Assembly: GCA_948469065.1 (NCBI GenBank)
Contig: CAOKKL010000003.1
Location: forward strand, 1 to 32,895
Length of the DNA stretch: 32,895 nt
From: an uncultured Mycoplasmatota bacterium
GTDB lineage: Bacteria > Bacillota_I > Bacilli_A > RF39 > UBA660
Direction of reading: 5' to 3'
The notes under the pieces are model-generated. The model saw only the letters and a list, made by a program, of their open reading frames with translations. It searched no databases and was not told the origin of the DNA. Shown piece by piece: positions 8,828-18,993 of the stretch. The stretch's first letter is position 1. The number at the start of each line of letters is the position of its first letter. A program made the position numbers and the translations under genes.

Positions 8828-10297
8828 TTATTCATCCTCTTCATAATTTGTCATGGATAACACTTCTTTACAATAAGAACTTAATGAATTATATCCATAA
8901 TGATTTAATTGTCTTCTACAACTGTTTAAATTATTTCTTTCCTCTTGTTTGATAACAGAATAATTTTTATAATTTTGTTTTAGTTGTTCAATATTTTTAC
9001 TACTGCTACTTACAATAATTTTTGGAGTCATACTATAATTATGTAGACGATGATTTTTTAAATCGTGAATAATATCACTCATTATTTTATGATTCCAAGA
9101 ATGATTCCAATAATTCCAACTTATGTATACTCTATTTTGAGTTCCATAGGAAATATCTGCACTTAAATTAGAAATATTTTCATTATAAAGATAAGTTATT
9201 TTTAATTCATTTTCTAAGGATTCATCAATTTCATAATCCAAATCACCCATTAATATCATATCTTTCTCATACGATATGGTTTCTTCTAATTGTTTGGTTT
9301 GATAATTTTCATGATATTCATCAATATATTCAATATTCATAATTTCAAGAGAAGCATAACTAAAACTAATTCCCAATAATATAAAAGAGGCTAAAAAACT
9401 TATTAATAACACTTTTAAATTATTTTTACGACCAGTTATCCAATTAAATATTAGAATAAATGAAAAAACTCCCAACATTAATAAAATAAAGATTGATAAA
9501 TAAATTCCAAAGAAAGTAACTCCACATGCTAATAAATAAATGCTGATTCCAAAAGCAATTCCCATTCCTAAAAGATAACATCCAATTCCTAAAAGAATCC
9601 ATATTGCAATAAATTTAATAAACCAAATACAAATTGATGTAAGTAAATCAATTACTCCAGATTTCTTTTTTTCAATTACTATCGATTCTATTTTTTCTTC
9701 CTTTTCTTCTTTTATTTTTTTTCTTTGAGGAACTATTCTCTCTTTATTTACTTTTTTTACTTCGTTGGATAAATATCTTTTTTCAAATATTTTTACAAAG
9801 AGAACAATTGCAAAAATAAAATAAGCAATTTCCATTATAAATTTCCAAGTTTGATAAAATATATTCCCCAAACTACTGTGGAAAATTGAAAATACTTCTC
9901 TTCCTATATTTTCTAGAAAATGAAACGGTATTTTACATAAGCTAATTCCAATTAAAATAATACATATTTCAATAATTAATCTTAATATTTCTCTACTATC
10001 TTTTTCAGATAAAAATTGAATCATTTGGTCGATACCTTGATTTATTTTTTCTACGGCTACATTAATCCAATTTTTATCATTTTTCTTTTTTTCTACATTA
10101 ATTTTATAAGCTTTTAATAATTCGGTAGCCAATTCATCTATATTGCCAAAATCTTTAATTGCTTCTTCTTCTGTAGCACCATTTTTTATTTTTTCATCAA
10201 TATACCCAGAATACTCTTCTACAATATCATTGATTTCTTTTTCTTCTAAAATATCTAGCTTTTTTTTAAGTTCTTTTATAAATTCTTCTTTTTTCAT
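8828..10297 (-). CDS. DUF1700 (HAAS-type) multi-pass membrane protein
   Basis: N-terminal KEEFIKELKKKL...DIVEEY...GATEEEAIKDFG..ELA followed by several TM helices; start overlaps the PadR stop. Confidence 0.8.
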   Translation of the reverse strand: MKKEEFIKELKKKLDILEEKEINDIVEEYSGYIDEKIKNGATEEEAIKDFGNIDELATELLKAYKINVEKKKNDKNWINVAVEKINQGIDQMIQFLSEKDSREILRLIIEICIILIGISLCKIPFHFLENIGREVFSIFHSSLGNIFYQTWKFIMEIAYFIFAIVLFVKIFEKRYLSNEVKKVNKERIVPQRKKIKEEKEEKIESIVIEKKKSGVIDLLTSICIWFIKFIAIWILLGIGCYLLGMGIAFGISIYLLACGVTFFGIYLSIFILLMLGVFSFILIFNWITGRKNNLKVLLISFLASFILLGISFSYASLEIMNIEYIDEYHENYQTKQLEETISYEKDMILMGDLDYEIDESLENELKITYLYNENISNLSADISYGTQNRVYISWNYWNHSWNHKIMSDIIHDLKNHRLHNYSMTPKIIVSSSSKNIEQLKQNYKNYSVIKQEERNNLNSCRRQLNHYGYNSLSSYCKEVLSMTNYEEDE

Positions 10298-10614
10298 TTT
10301 TTTACACTCCCTTTTACAAAATCATTTACACTACTAGCAAAAGCAGTCCATTCTTTTAATACATTTTCACTTTGTTTCATCCCTAAAGCAGTAATATGAT
10401 AATATTTTCTGACAGGACCTTCTTTCGATTCTTCTAAATAAGTTTCAAAATAGCCTTCATTGCTTAATCTTTTTAAGATGGGATAAATAGTTCCTTCATT
10501 TACATCTACAATTTTACTAACTGCTTCCACTAATTCATAACCATATCTATCTTTTTCTTTAACTATTAGTAGTACTAGTAGTTCTAATACACCTTTTTTG
10601 AACTGCGTATTCAT
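10294..10614 (-). CDS. PadR family transcriptional regulator
   Basis: QFKKGVLELLVL, YGYEL, EGTIYPILKRL, GPVRKYYHIT. Confidence 0.93.
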   Translation of the reverse strand: MNTQFKKGVLELLVLLIVKEKDRYGYELVEAVSKIVDVNEGTIYPILKRLSNEGYFETYLEESKEGPVRKYYHITALGMKQSENVLKEWTAFASSVNDFVKGSVKK

Positions 10615-10635
10615 ACTATTTCCTTTCTTAAATTT

Positions 10636-10670
10636 ATCATATCTCTAGTACTATGTATTGTCAAGTACTA
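10636..10670 (-). promoter_or_regulatory. padR promoter with palindromic operator
   Basis: Minus-strand TTGACA-17-TATGAT; inverted repeat TAGTACT-N11-AGTACTA (10646-10670) straddles the -35. Confidence 0.8.
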
Positions 10671-10720
10671 AATATTATTCATATCGCATTGTAAAAATAC
10701 TATTTTTTTTATAAATAAAT

Positions 10721-10747
10721 AAAAAAACTCAATCACTTGAGTTTTTT
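10721..10747 (-). terminator. Intrinsic terminator
   Basis: AAAAAACTCAA-TCAC-TTGAGTTTTTT at the stop of 10746..12272. Confidence 0.75.
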
Positions 10748-12272
10748 AAGAAATCTTATAAGGATTATCTTTACTACCATCCCCACTTTTATAAAGTACA
10801 TTTTCTTTTAAATAAAAGGTAGGACGAATACTATATAAATTATCAGAATGTGATATCCCAGCTAAAGCGTGTCTACCCACATAAGCTATTATCCAAGCAG
10901 CTGGACCATAAGCATTAGTATAACTTGATTCAGGATTAATCGTCCATTCCGAATAATTTCCACCTTGCAAATTATATAACCAAGCATTCGTAATATAACT
11001 ATTTTGTTTTTCATAAAGCGTTTCGGTTGTATAAATTTTATTATTTTCTCCACCATCCAATGAATAACCATAATCACTAAGATAAATTAAACCAATATTT
11101 GCAATGAAAGAAGTTAAGCCCCCACTTTTACATGCAACATTACTTCGTTCCATATTATAAAAATCTTCTGTTTTATAATTCGTCGCACTATCGCGTTCTA
11201 AAGCACCTAAATACCATTTTACTGGTTCAATATATTTTTGATATTCTGTTAAGGAATTGTAAAATTCCGTGTTTAGAATTTGTTGTAAACTACTTTCTTC
11301 CCATTTGTTAACTCCACCAGAATTCCAACGATACCCTTTTCCACTTGGCGTATTTTTGGTAGGACTTTCAATTGTTTTTCCTTCCCAATTCGTGGCTTTA
11401 ATCAGTTTTATTCGATCCACATACTCACTTGTTTCGCTATTTTGAGTTGGAATGATTCCAATAATTCGATACAAATCTTTTGTTTCACAATTTTCTTCAC
11501 AGCCGAAATAGATATAATTATTTGGGTCGGCTCCAACATAACGATAATCTTTTTGTTCTTTCGTTTGAACTGTTGTTAAATGTTGAATTTTTTTAATGGA
11601 AGGATTGTTTTGACTTCTTGAAATGATATAATCTACTAAAGTATTTTCTTTTTGCTCGGAATATCCAATATTAATAGAAAAACTTTTACCTTGTTCTTCA
11701 TCTTGAGGCTTTGTATCATTTAAATATTCTACTAAAATATAGTATGTTTTATTCGTATTGTATTCGACTAAGGTGTTCGTGACTATCTTTTTTTTATCTT
11801 CAAAAATTCCACTTTTAATTTCTTCTCCAAGACTAGATGTATCACATGTCATACTATCATAATATTGTCCTGCTAAGTTTGTTTGATTGGATATGGTGCA
11901 TAAATCTTCTACTCTTATATTATTATTTTCAACTTCATAAATTGTATATTTTATATGGTTTTTAAAATCTGCTACATAGGGAGTTAGTTCCATTGAAATA
12001 GAGATAGGAACTGAATTTTCTTCTCCTTTTCCTTTTATTTGAATTGTTTTTATTACTTTATATCCTGGTAATATATTTTCTGCTTCTATTTTATCTCCAT
12101 AATCCATTACGACATCTACTAAACTAGAAACATTTCCTTTTAATACATTATTATCGGCATTGATTGTATCTACATTTGAAGTAAAATAGGCAAAACTTGC
12201 TCCTATTATTACAATCAAAAGTGAAAAAATGATAATTCCATTCATGATGAATTCTTTTTTATTATTCTTCAT
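10746..12272 (-). CDS. Secreted/surface protein with SipW-type (TasA/camelysin-like) signal peptide and C-terminal DUF6273-like domain
   Basis: Hydrophobic N-terminus ending GASFAYF; C-terminal YRYVGADPNNYIYF, YRIIG, IGLIYLSDY, IRPTFYL, GDGSKDNPY. Confidence 0.7.
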   Translation of the reverse strand: MKNNKKEFIMNGIIIFSLLIVIIGASFAYFTSNVDTINADNNVLKGNVSSLVDVVMDYGDKIEAENILPGYKVIKTIQIKGKGEENSVPISISMELTPYVADFKNHIKYTIYEVENNNIRVEDLCTISNQTNLAGQYYDSMTCDTSSLGEEIKSGIFEDKKKIVTNTLVEYNTNKTYYILVEYLNDTKPQDEEQGKSFSINIGYSEQKENTLVDYIISRSQNNPSIKKIQHLTTVQTKEQKDYRYVGADPNNYIYFGCEENCETKDLYRIIGIIPTQNSETSEYVDRIKLIKATNWEGKTIESPTKNTPSGKGYRWNSGGVNKWEESSLQQILNTEFYNSLTEYQKYIEPVKWYLGALERDSATNYKTEDFYNMERSNVACKSGGLTSFIANIGLIYLSDYGYSLDGGENNKIYTTETLYEKQNSYITNAWLYNLQGGNYSEWTINPESSYTNAYGPAAWIIAYVGRHALAGISHSDNLYSIRPTFYLKENVLYKSGDGSKDNPYKIS

Positions 12273-12502
12273 ATTTTTATTACTTTTTATATATTAATAT
12301 ACTAACATTTTATAATAAAAATACAAATGAATTTTTTGAAATTTAAAAATTATTTAATTTTATTTTAAACATTGGTTCTTTCATCAAAAGATTCTCATAT
12401 TCCAACTATTTTTAATAATTAAAATTCTATATTTCTTGTCACTAATTTTACAGGGTTACTATTAATCACTACGTAACTTCTGTTAAGTAATTAATAGTAA
12501 TT

Positions 12503-12533
12503 AAAAAAGATAACCAAGCGGCTATCTTTTTTT
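12503..12533. terminator. Terminator-like hairpin in the intergenic region
   Basis: AAAAAAGATAACC-AAGC-GGCTATCTTTTTTT. Confidence 0.55.
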
Positions 12534-12664
12534 CATTCTTATCTTATTTTTGAAGTATTGGGTATGTTTATTGCAAAAAAATTATAAATATAGATCGAGT
12601 TTGTGTGTAGAGTTTATATTTAGATAAGAATGAGTCCAGAATTCGTTCTGGCACGATATACTAT

Positions 12665-12700
12665 AAAAGAAACCTCTTGTTTTCACAAGAGGCTTTTTTT
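12665..12700. terminator. Intrinsic terminator downstream of the ABC transporter, possibly bidirectional
   Basis: CCTCTTGT-TTTC-ACAAGAGG flanked by A- and T-rich runs. Confidence 0.75.
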
Positions 12701-12719
12701 GTCTTTTTTTGTCGAATGA

Positions 12720-15029
12720 TTATTCTGTTCTTAGTGCTTCGACTGGATCTTTTTTACTAGCAAGTTTTGCTGGAATCCATCCACCAATGAGCGTTAATAT
12801 TACACTAATAGTAATTAATATCAGTGCATGAATTGGATTTAAAATTGCTACATTGTCAAGTGATGTTAATTCTTTTAACAAAGAGTTTACTGGGAATAAT
12901 AGAAGCCAAGCAATGAAAATTCCAATAAGTCCAGAACTTACTCCAATAATAAATGTTTCAGAATTGAAAACTCTTGCAATATCTTTTTTTCTCGCTCCAA
13001 GACTTCTTAAAATTCCTATTTCTTTTGTTCTTTCTAATACTGAAATGTACATAATAATTCCTATCATAATAGATGAAACTATTAAAGATATACTACTAAA
13101 AGCAATTAATACAATCGTAATTGCATCCATAATGTTACTGGATAAAGAACTCATTAAGTTTGCTTGATCGATATAGGCTATTTTTTCTGTTTCTTTCTTT
13201 CCTTCATTATATTTATCTAAATATTCCAATATATTGCTTTTGCTATCAAAATCTCTTGGATATACTTGAATCACATATGGAATCGATTTATCTCCTAAAT
13301 AAGCTAGCATATTTTCTTTTTGTTCTTTTCCTTCTTTGGTATTTAAATCAAAATTTTCTCCAGAAATTACACTATAATTTGCTTTTTTTTGTGCTTCTAC
13401 TACTTTGGAAGTCGAATTTTTTTCTATGATATGATTTAATAAATCATTATTATAATAAATACCAGGATTGGAAGCCATACTTGGATAATCTTTTTTTAAT
13501 CGTATAATTCCAACTACTTTCAGGGTCGTATTATTTTTATTATCATATACTTTTTCTAAATCATTATTTGGAATAAAATAATTACCTGTTTTTTGATAAT
13601 AATCATCATTGTAGACTAACTTTAAATTACTATTTAAAATATCATCAAAAGAAATATTTTCATTGGTTGTAAAGCCTAATGCTTCTAATAAATCTTTTGA
13701 CATTCTATTTTTGCTATCAATTTCAATCACAATTTCTTCTTTTTTTTCAGGTTCTTTTCCTGCTAATATGTCAAATCGCTCTTTGATTACACTTGGCGTA
13801 TTTTCACTAAGTGTATGAGGAAACATATAGAAGTTTAATTCTCTTGTATTAATTTGTTTTACTTTTCCATCTACTTTTTGAAGTAAATTAAGTCCAGTGC
13901 CATATACATAATTGATTCCAGATACATCATCAGCAGATATTTTTTCAATATAATCGATGTAATCGTTAGTAATTTGATTGATATGCGTATACTGTTCTAC
14001 GTCGGTAACACTTGGGATGACATATTTCTTATCTGAGTACGCTTCTTCACTACTTGTCATATCATTTTGCATTTTTTCCATTGTTTCTTCATCTAAGTTC
14101 ATACTCTGCTTACTAATTACAATTGGTAGTGCACTCAAGGTATTTTTTTCAAAAGAATCAATTTGTTTATCGAATCCATTGGATAAACTTAAAATTAAGG
14201 AAATTCCAATAATTCCAATTGAGGAAGCAAATGCCGTTAAAATAGTTCTTCCTTTTTTTGTTCTTATATTGTTTAAAGATAGATGAAGAGCTGTTTTAAA
14301 ATTCATTGATGTTTTTTTGATATTGTATTCTTGAGTGCTTTTTTCTTTTTCTTTTACTGGGTCAGAATCACTCATTAATTCTCCATCTTTCATTTCAATT
14401 ACACGTGTAGCGTAATCATGAGCAAGTTCTGGATTGTGAGTAACCATGATTACTAATTTATCTTTTGCAATTTCTTTGATAAGTTCCATGATTTGAACAC
14501 TAGTTTTTGAATCAAGAGCACCCGTTGGCTCGTCGGCTAAGATGATATCTGGATCATTTGCTAAAGCTCTTGCAATGGCAACACGTTGCATTTGTCCACC
14601 AGAAAGCTGATTTGGCTTTTTATGTGCATGATCTTTTAAACCAACTTTATTTAATACTTCTAATGCTTTTTTTCTTCTTTTTTTGGAACTTACTCCACTT
14701 AACGTCATTCCCATTTCAACATTAGATAAAATATCGATATGACTTATTAAATTATAACTTTGAAAAATAAATCCAATACAATTGTTTCGGTAGGAATCCC
14801 AATCTTTGTCTTTAAAAGATTTGGTGGAACGATTATTGATTACTAAATCTCCTTCATCGTAACGATCCAAACCTCCGATAATATTTAAAAGAGTTGTTTT
14901 TCCTGAACCACTTGGTCCTAATATGGCTACAAATTCACTTTTTCGAAACTGTAAATCAATTCCTTTTAAGGCATGTTGTGTAAAAGTTCCTGTTGTATAA
15001 CTTTTTTTAACTTTTTTTAATTCTAACAT
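12720..15029 (-). CDS. MacB/FtsX-type ABC transporter, fused ATPase-permease
   Basis: [27 protein letters not shown]; FtsX-like [17 protein letters not shown] and DPVEALR. Confidence 0.95.
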   Translation of the reverse strand: MLELKKVKKSYTTGTFTQHALKGIDLQFRKSEFVAILGPSGSGKTTLLNIIGGLDRYDEGDLVINNRSTKSFKDKDWDSYRNNCIGFIFQSYNLISHIDILSNVEMGMTLSGVSSKKRRKKALEVLNKVGLKDHAHKKPNQLSGGQMQRVAIARALANDPDIILADEPTGALDSKTSVQIMELIKEIAKDKLVIMVTHNPELAHDYATRVIEMKDGELMSDSDPVKEKEKSTQEYNIKKTSMNFKTALHLSLNNIRTKKGRTILTAFASSIGIIGISLILSLSNGFDKQIDSFEKNTLSALPIVISKQSMNLDEETMEKMQNDMTSSEEAYSDKKYVIPSVTDVEQYTHINQITNDYIDYIEKISADDVSGINYVYGTGLNLLQKVDGKVKQINTRELNFYMFPHTLSENTPSVIKERFDILAGKEPEKKEEIVIEIDSKNRMSKDLLEALGFTTNENISFDDILNSNLKLVYNDDYYQKTGNYFIPNNDLEKVYDNKNNTTLKVVGIIRLKKDYPSMASNPGIYYNNDLLNHIIEKNSTSKVVEAQKKANYSVISGENFDLNTKEGKEQKENMLAYLGDKSIPYVIQVYPRDFDSKSNILEYLDKYNEGKKETEKIAYIDQANLMSSLSSNIMDAITIVLIAFSSISLIVSSIMIGIIMYISVLERTKEIGILRSLGARKKDIARVFNSETFIIGVSSGLIGIFIAWLLLFPVNSLLKELTSLDNVAILNPIHALILITISVILTLIGGWIPAKLASKKDPVEALRTE

Positions 15030-15477
15030 TTTTTTCTTCCTTTTCTAATAAGATAAATTTTTTTATCATGATTTCTATTGCTTTTAACAATATATTCTGT
15101 TCTTCTTTTGTAAAATTTTTTAAGAATTCTTTTTTTCTTTTTTTGATAATTTCCTCCAGTTCTTTTGCAATGTTTTGGCCTTTTTCGGTTAAACAAATAT
15201 GATAATTTCTTTGTGAGTCTCTTTTTCGATTCCGATATATATAGTTTATTTTCTCAAGTTCACTAATATTCCTCGTCATAAGAGCATTGTCTACTTTGGT
15301 AAGACGACTTAATTCTGACATCGAACATCCATTTTTTTCTTTTTTTAAAATCATAAGTATTCCAATATGCGTACTTGAAATATTATAATGTTTTAAATCT
15401 TCGTTGACACTTTTTTGAATCTTATTTTGAAACTGGCGAAGATACATTAAAAATTGTTCATAATTTATTTTTTCCAT
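15007..15477 (-). CDS. MarR family transcriptional regulator
   Basis: MSELSRLTKVDNALMTRNISELEKINYI, ICLTEKG; likely start is ATG 15477 (RBS AAGAGGA) rather than GTG 15495. Confidence 0.9.
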   Translation of the reverse strand: MEKINYEQFLMYLRQFQNKIQKSVNEDLKHYNISSTHIGILMILKKEKNGCSMSELSRLTKVDNALMTRNISELEKINYIYRNRKRDSQRNYHICLTEKGQNIAKELEEIIKKRKKEFLKNFTKEEQNILLKAIEIMIKKFILLEKEEKNVRIKKS

Positions 15478-15504
15478 AAAAGAAATCCTCTTCACTTCTT
15501 GAAC

Positions 15505-15533
15505 ATTATAGTATTCTTAACTTGAGATGTCAA
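15505..15533 (-). promoter_or_regulatory. Consensus sigmaA promoter of the marR-ABC operon with a putative operator
   Basis: TTGACA-17-TATAAT on the minus strand; imperfect palindrome TCTTAACTTGAGA (15515-15527) in the spacer. Confidence 0.8.
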
Positions 15534-15598
15534 TTTGTTTTTATTTTATATTGAAATATTTAAAATGGAAAAATCTTCAATTTTTTGGTATATTCTGG

Positions 15599-15628
15599 TT
15601 GACATTTCACATAATTATAATATATAAT
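15599..15628 (+). promoter_or_regulatory. sigmaA promoter of tRNA-Asn
   Basis: TTGACA-18-TATAAT. Confidence 0.75.
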
Positions 15629-15639
15629 CAATTTGTAAT

Positions 15640-15715
15640 GCTTGATTAGCTCAGTCGGTAGAGCAAACGGCTGTTAACCGTTGGGTCGTAGGTTCGAGTC
15701 CTACATCAAGCGCCA
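15640..15715 (+). tRNA. tRNA-Asn (GTT)
   Basis: Acceptor GCTTGAT/ATCAAGC, D-arm GCTC/GAGC, anticodon arm AACGG-CTGTTAA-CCGTT, T-arm GTAGG-TTCGAGT-CCTAC, G-CCA end. Confidence 0.98.
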
Positions 15716-15726
15716 TTAAGAATATT

Positions 15727-15760
15727 AAAACCTCGACAACGATTAATTTCGAGGTTTTTT
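15727..15760 (+). terminator. Intrinsic terminator after tRNA-Asn
   Basis: AAAACCTCGA...TCGAGGTTTTTT. Confidence 0.8.
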
Positions 15761-15893
15761 CATGATTTAAAATTTTATTCCTTTGTTTCAATTATAAAGT
15801 AAAAAACTATTTTCTATAAAATCATCTTTTAATATATTTTTAAAGCCCTCACCACTTCATTATACTTCCATACGATATATAAGGTGACTTGAT

Positions 15894-16400
15894 ATGATGT
15901 TATTAATTAGTTCTTTTGTAGCAAGTTTAGATGGATTCATTATAGGAATAGGCTTAAAAGGAAATCGAATCCAATTAACTTACAAAGAATTTTTCATTTT
16001 ATTTTTTGAAAATATTATACTGTATTCTATTTTATTGTTTCTTTATTCTTTTCTCCAATTTCAATTTATTACAAATTTTATTTCAACATTATTCTATCTT
16101 ATACTGGCTTTTTTATCGTTTCGAAATAAAGAGGAAGAAACTACTATTTTTTCAAAAAAGTTAAATTTATTATCTTGCTTTTTCCTAACATTATCTCACT
16201 CGATGGATGGAGTTTTGGTTTCTTTAGGATTTGTTTACGAATATCCCTTAGGGATAATTGTATTTTTATTTAGTTTTATGGCTGTTTTATTAATTGTTTT
16301 GGGATATTTTTTTGCAAATACGTTTTCAATGCCCAAAAAAAGCAACTATATTAGTGCTTTTCTATTTCTCTTATTAGCAATATGGAATCATTTTTTTTAA
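15894..16400 (+). CDS. YtaF/MntP family membrane protein
   Basis: Duplicated motif ASLDGFIIGIG / SHSMDGVLVSLG, multiple TM segments. Confidence 0.75.
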   Translation: MMLLISSFVASLDGFIIGIGLKGNRIQLTYKEFFILFFENIILYSILLFLYSFLQFQFITNFISTLFYLILAFLSFRNKEEETTIFSKKLNLLSCFFLTLSHSMDGVLVSLGFVYEYPLGIIVFLFSFMAVLLIVLGYFFANTFSMPKKSNYISAFLFLLLAIWNHFF

Positions 16401-16411
16401 AATCTTATTTT

Positions 16412-17398
16412 TTATTTTATGTTTTCTAAACTATTTTCATATGTATTTAAAATAGAAAATAGTTCTTCTTCTGTTTTTGCGGTGCAAACTTTTATTTTCG
16501 TTTCTTTACTGTTGGGCATATTCTTTAAATAATATAAAATATTTGAACGAATTTCTAGTAAAGCAGTTTTTTCATTTTTATCTTCTTTTAATAATTGATA
16601 ATGATATTTCATCATTTTTATTTTTTCATAATTAGAAACCAATTTTGGATGAGTCCCATTTTCTAAATAGTCAACACATTCTTTTATTAGCCATGGATTT
16701 CCTAAGGCTCCTCTTCCAATCATTACAGCGTCGCAGCCGGTTATTTCTAACATTTTTTTAGCATCGTAACAGCTTAAAATATCTCCATTTCCTATAACTG
16801 GAATCGAAACGCTATTTTTTACTTGTTTAATAATATTCCAATCGGCATGTCCTGTATATCCTTGTGATCTCGTTCTACCATGAATTGTTATTGCACTTGC
16901 GCCTGCCTTTTCACATATTTTAGCAACTTCGACAGCATTAATCGATTGTTCATCCCAACCACTTCTTATTTTTACTGTTACAGGGATCGAAACGGCATTT
17001 TTGACAGCTGATACAATTTCATAAATTTTTTCTGGATTTTTTAAAAGAGCACTTCCAGCCTGAGCTTTTAGAGCTACTTTTGGAACTGGACACCCCATAT
17101 TAATATCAATAATATCTGGATGCATAGTGTTTTCGATTTCTTTTGCAGATAAAACAAAGGATTCTTTGTCACTTCCAAAAATTTGTTGCGCAATTGGCCT
17201 TTCTTCTTCACTCATTTTTAGTAAATCAAATGTTTTTTTACTTTTATACATAATTGCTTTGTCGCTTACCATTTCCGCGTAAATGAGTCCACAGCCCATA
17301 CTTTTAATGATTTTTCGATAAGATGTATTGGAAAAACCAGCCATAGGGGCTAGAACAACTTGATTTTTTATGGTTATATTTCCGATTTTAAAAGGCAT
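16412..17398 (-). CDS. dusB: tRNA-dihydrouridine synthase
   Basis: LAPMAG, IDINMGCP, PVTVKIRSG, IHGRTR, IGNGDI, VMIGRG. Confidence 0.95.
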   Translation of the reverse strand: MPFKIGNITIKNQVVLAPMAGFSNTSYRKIIKSMGCGLIYAEMVSDKAIMYKSKKTFDLLKMSEEERPIAQQIFGSDKESFVLSAKEIENTMHPDIIDINMGCPVPKVALKAQAGSALLKNPEKIYEIVSAVKNAVSIPVTVKIRSGWDEQSINAVEVAKICEKAGASAITIHGRTRSQGYTGHADWNIIKQVKNSVSIPVIGNGDILSCYDAKKMLEITGCDAVMIGRGALGNPWLIKECVDYLENGTHPKLVSNYEKIKMMKYHYQLLKEDKNEKTALLEIRSNILYYLKNMPNSKETKIKVCTAKTEEELFSILNTYENSLENIK

Positions 17399-17421
17399 TT
17401 TATTCCCCCTATCATTTTAAT

Positions 17422-17991
17422 TTATTCATCTATTATTAATGTTACTTCATCCTCATTATTTAATAAAAAAGCATTGGCTTCATCACGATCAATATGTATT
17501 TCAAAATAGCCATTTTCACTAATTTTAATAAATGTGTCTAAAAATGCTTGACGAGGTCCAGGTATTAATACTTTTACAATTTGTCCATCTTGAAGACCAT
17601 ATTTTTTTTGTTCATTTGTATTAATATGAATATGCCTTTGAGATAAAATACAAACATTTTCTAAATATATTTCACCTTTTGGACCAATTATTGTTACATG
17701 TTCTGAATTTTTAAGATCTCCACTTTTTCGAACAGGAGGATTTATTCCTAATTTTATCGCATCACTTTTACTAATTTCTACTTGATTGTAAGTACGAAAT
17801 GGTCCAACTATTCTAACATTTTCTAAAATTCCTTGCTCTGTTTTTATTAAAACACATTGATTGGAAGCAAATTCTCCAATTTGATGAATTTCTTTTTTTA
17901 TGGTGAGAGGTTCATCAAATAATTGTTCATAAGTTTCTTTTGTTAAGTGAACATGCCGATTACTTATTCCTACTTTTACTTGATATTTCAT
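17422..17991 (-). CDS. pduL: PduL/EutD-type phosphate acyltransferase
   Basis: SNRHVHL, QVEISKSDA, PPVRKSGDL, RHIH, EIHIDRDEANA. Confidence 0.92.
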   Translation of the reverse strand: MKYQVKVGISNRHVHLTKETYEQLFDEPLTIKKEIHQIGEFASNQCVLIKTEQGILENVRIVGPFRTYNQVEISKSDAIKLGINPPVRKSGDLKNSEHVTIIGPKGEIYLENVCILSQRHIHINTNEQKKYGLQDGQIVKVLIPGPRQAFLDTFIKISENGYFEIHIDRDEANAFLLNNEDEVTLIIDE

Positions 17992-18152
17992 TTTTTCATA
18001 CTCTTTTCTATTTTTTGATAATTTAATTTTTATAAAAAAATAATGCTTTTTTGCTAAAGGTACAATGTTTTATTTTTCTTCTCATTTTTCGTAATTCTTT
18101 CTTTGTATGTTTTTTCTTTTTTTGTCTAAATTATTATTAGGAGGGATTCTTT

Positions 18153-18344
18153 ATGAAAAAACCAGGTTGTAGTAAATGTAGTGAAACAACACTTCAAGGA
18201 CGTGCATATATGGATCAGGAAACTGGTTTGTTATGTGTTTCTTTAGAAGAAAAATATGATAAACCAAAAGGAAAAAAAGTTTTAGTACCTTTTGTTTGTA
18301 CTACTTGTGGTACTACAGAATGGAAAACAATTGAAGATGAATAG
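18153..18344 (+). CDS. Small putative zinc-ribbon protein
   Basis: CSKC...CTTC, strong RBS AGGAGG, downstream hairpin AGAGC...GCTCTTTTT. Confidence 0.75.
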   Translation: MKKPGCSKCSETTLQGRAYMDQETGLLCVSLEEKYDKPKGKKVLVPFVCTTCGTTEWKTIEDE

Positions 18345-18363
18345 AGCTTTTATGGCTCTTTTT

Positions 18364-18993
18364 TTATTCATTTTTTGAAAGCCAGGTCATATTTACTAGT
18401 TTCATATCATCAAATTCTAATTTAAAAATACGAAAAGGATGAAATACTCCATCGATTATAACTTCTTCTTTGAAATTTAAAATCATCTGATTATCTAAAT
18501 TATATCCTTTTTCACACCAAGTTGCAAAAAGTGCAACTAATGCAATATCATGTGTAAACACAGCAATCGTTTTATCGGGATGTCGAAATAAAATATCTTT
18601 TAATATTTCTTTCATACGATTTTGAGTACTTTGTAAAGATTCTCCATTATGAAATTTATAATCAAAATCATGTTCTTGCATTTCTTTTAAAAAATGTTCA
18701 CTATTTGAACCCAATATTCCTATTTTTCGTTCTTTTAGTTTTTCATCAATCCATATTGGTACATTTAATTCTTCACTTAAATATTTTGCAGTATTAATCA
18801 TAGCAACATGATTGGAAGCGTAAATTACTTTTGTTTTTTTTATCCCTTCAATTTTTAAAAATTCTGAAGCTGTTTTTTCTCCTTTGAAACTTAAAGGTAA
18901 TAATTCTTTTTGTTTTTCTTTTGGTATTTCTTTTAAGTAACGAATTTCATTTTTAAATAAATAATTATTGGTAAGAAAGTAAACGGTTGTCAT
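18364..18993 (-). CDS. Histidine-phosphatase (PGM) superfamily protein, degenerate active site
   Basis: PLSFKG, IYASN, DEKLKER, GESL, IAVFTHD; N-terminal RHG replaced by TNN. Confidence 0.75.
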   Translation of the reverse strand: MTTVYFLTNNYLFKNEIRYLKEIPKEKQKELLPLSFKGEKTASEFLKIEGIKKTKVIYASNHVAMINTAKYLSEELNVPIWIDEKLKERKIGILGSNSEHFLKEMQEHDFDYKFHNGESLQSTQNRMKEILKDILFRHPDKTIAVFTHDIALVALFATWCEKGYNLDNQMILNFKEEVIIDGVFHPFRIFKLEFDDMKLVNMTWLSKNE

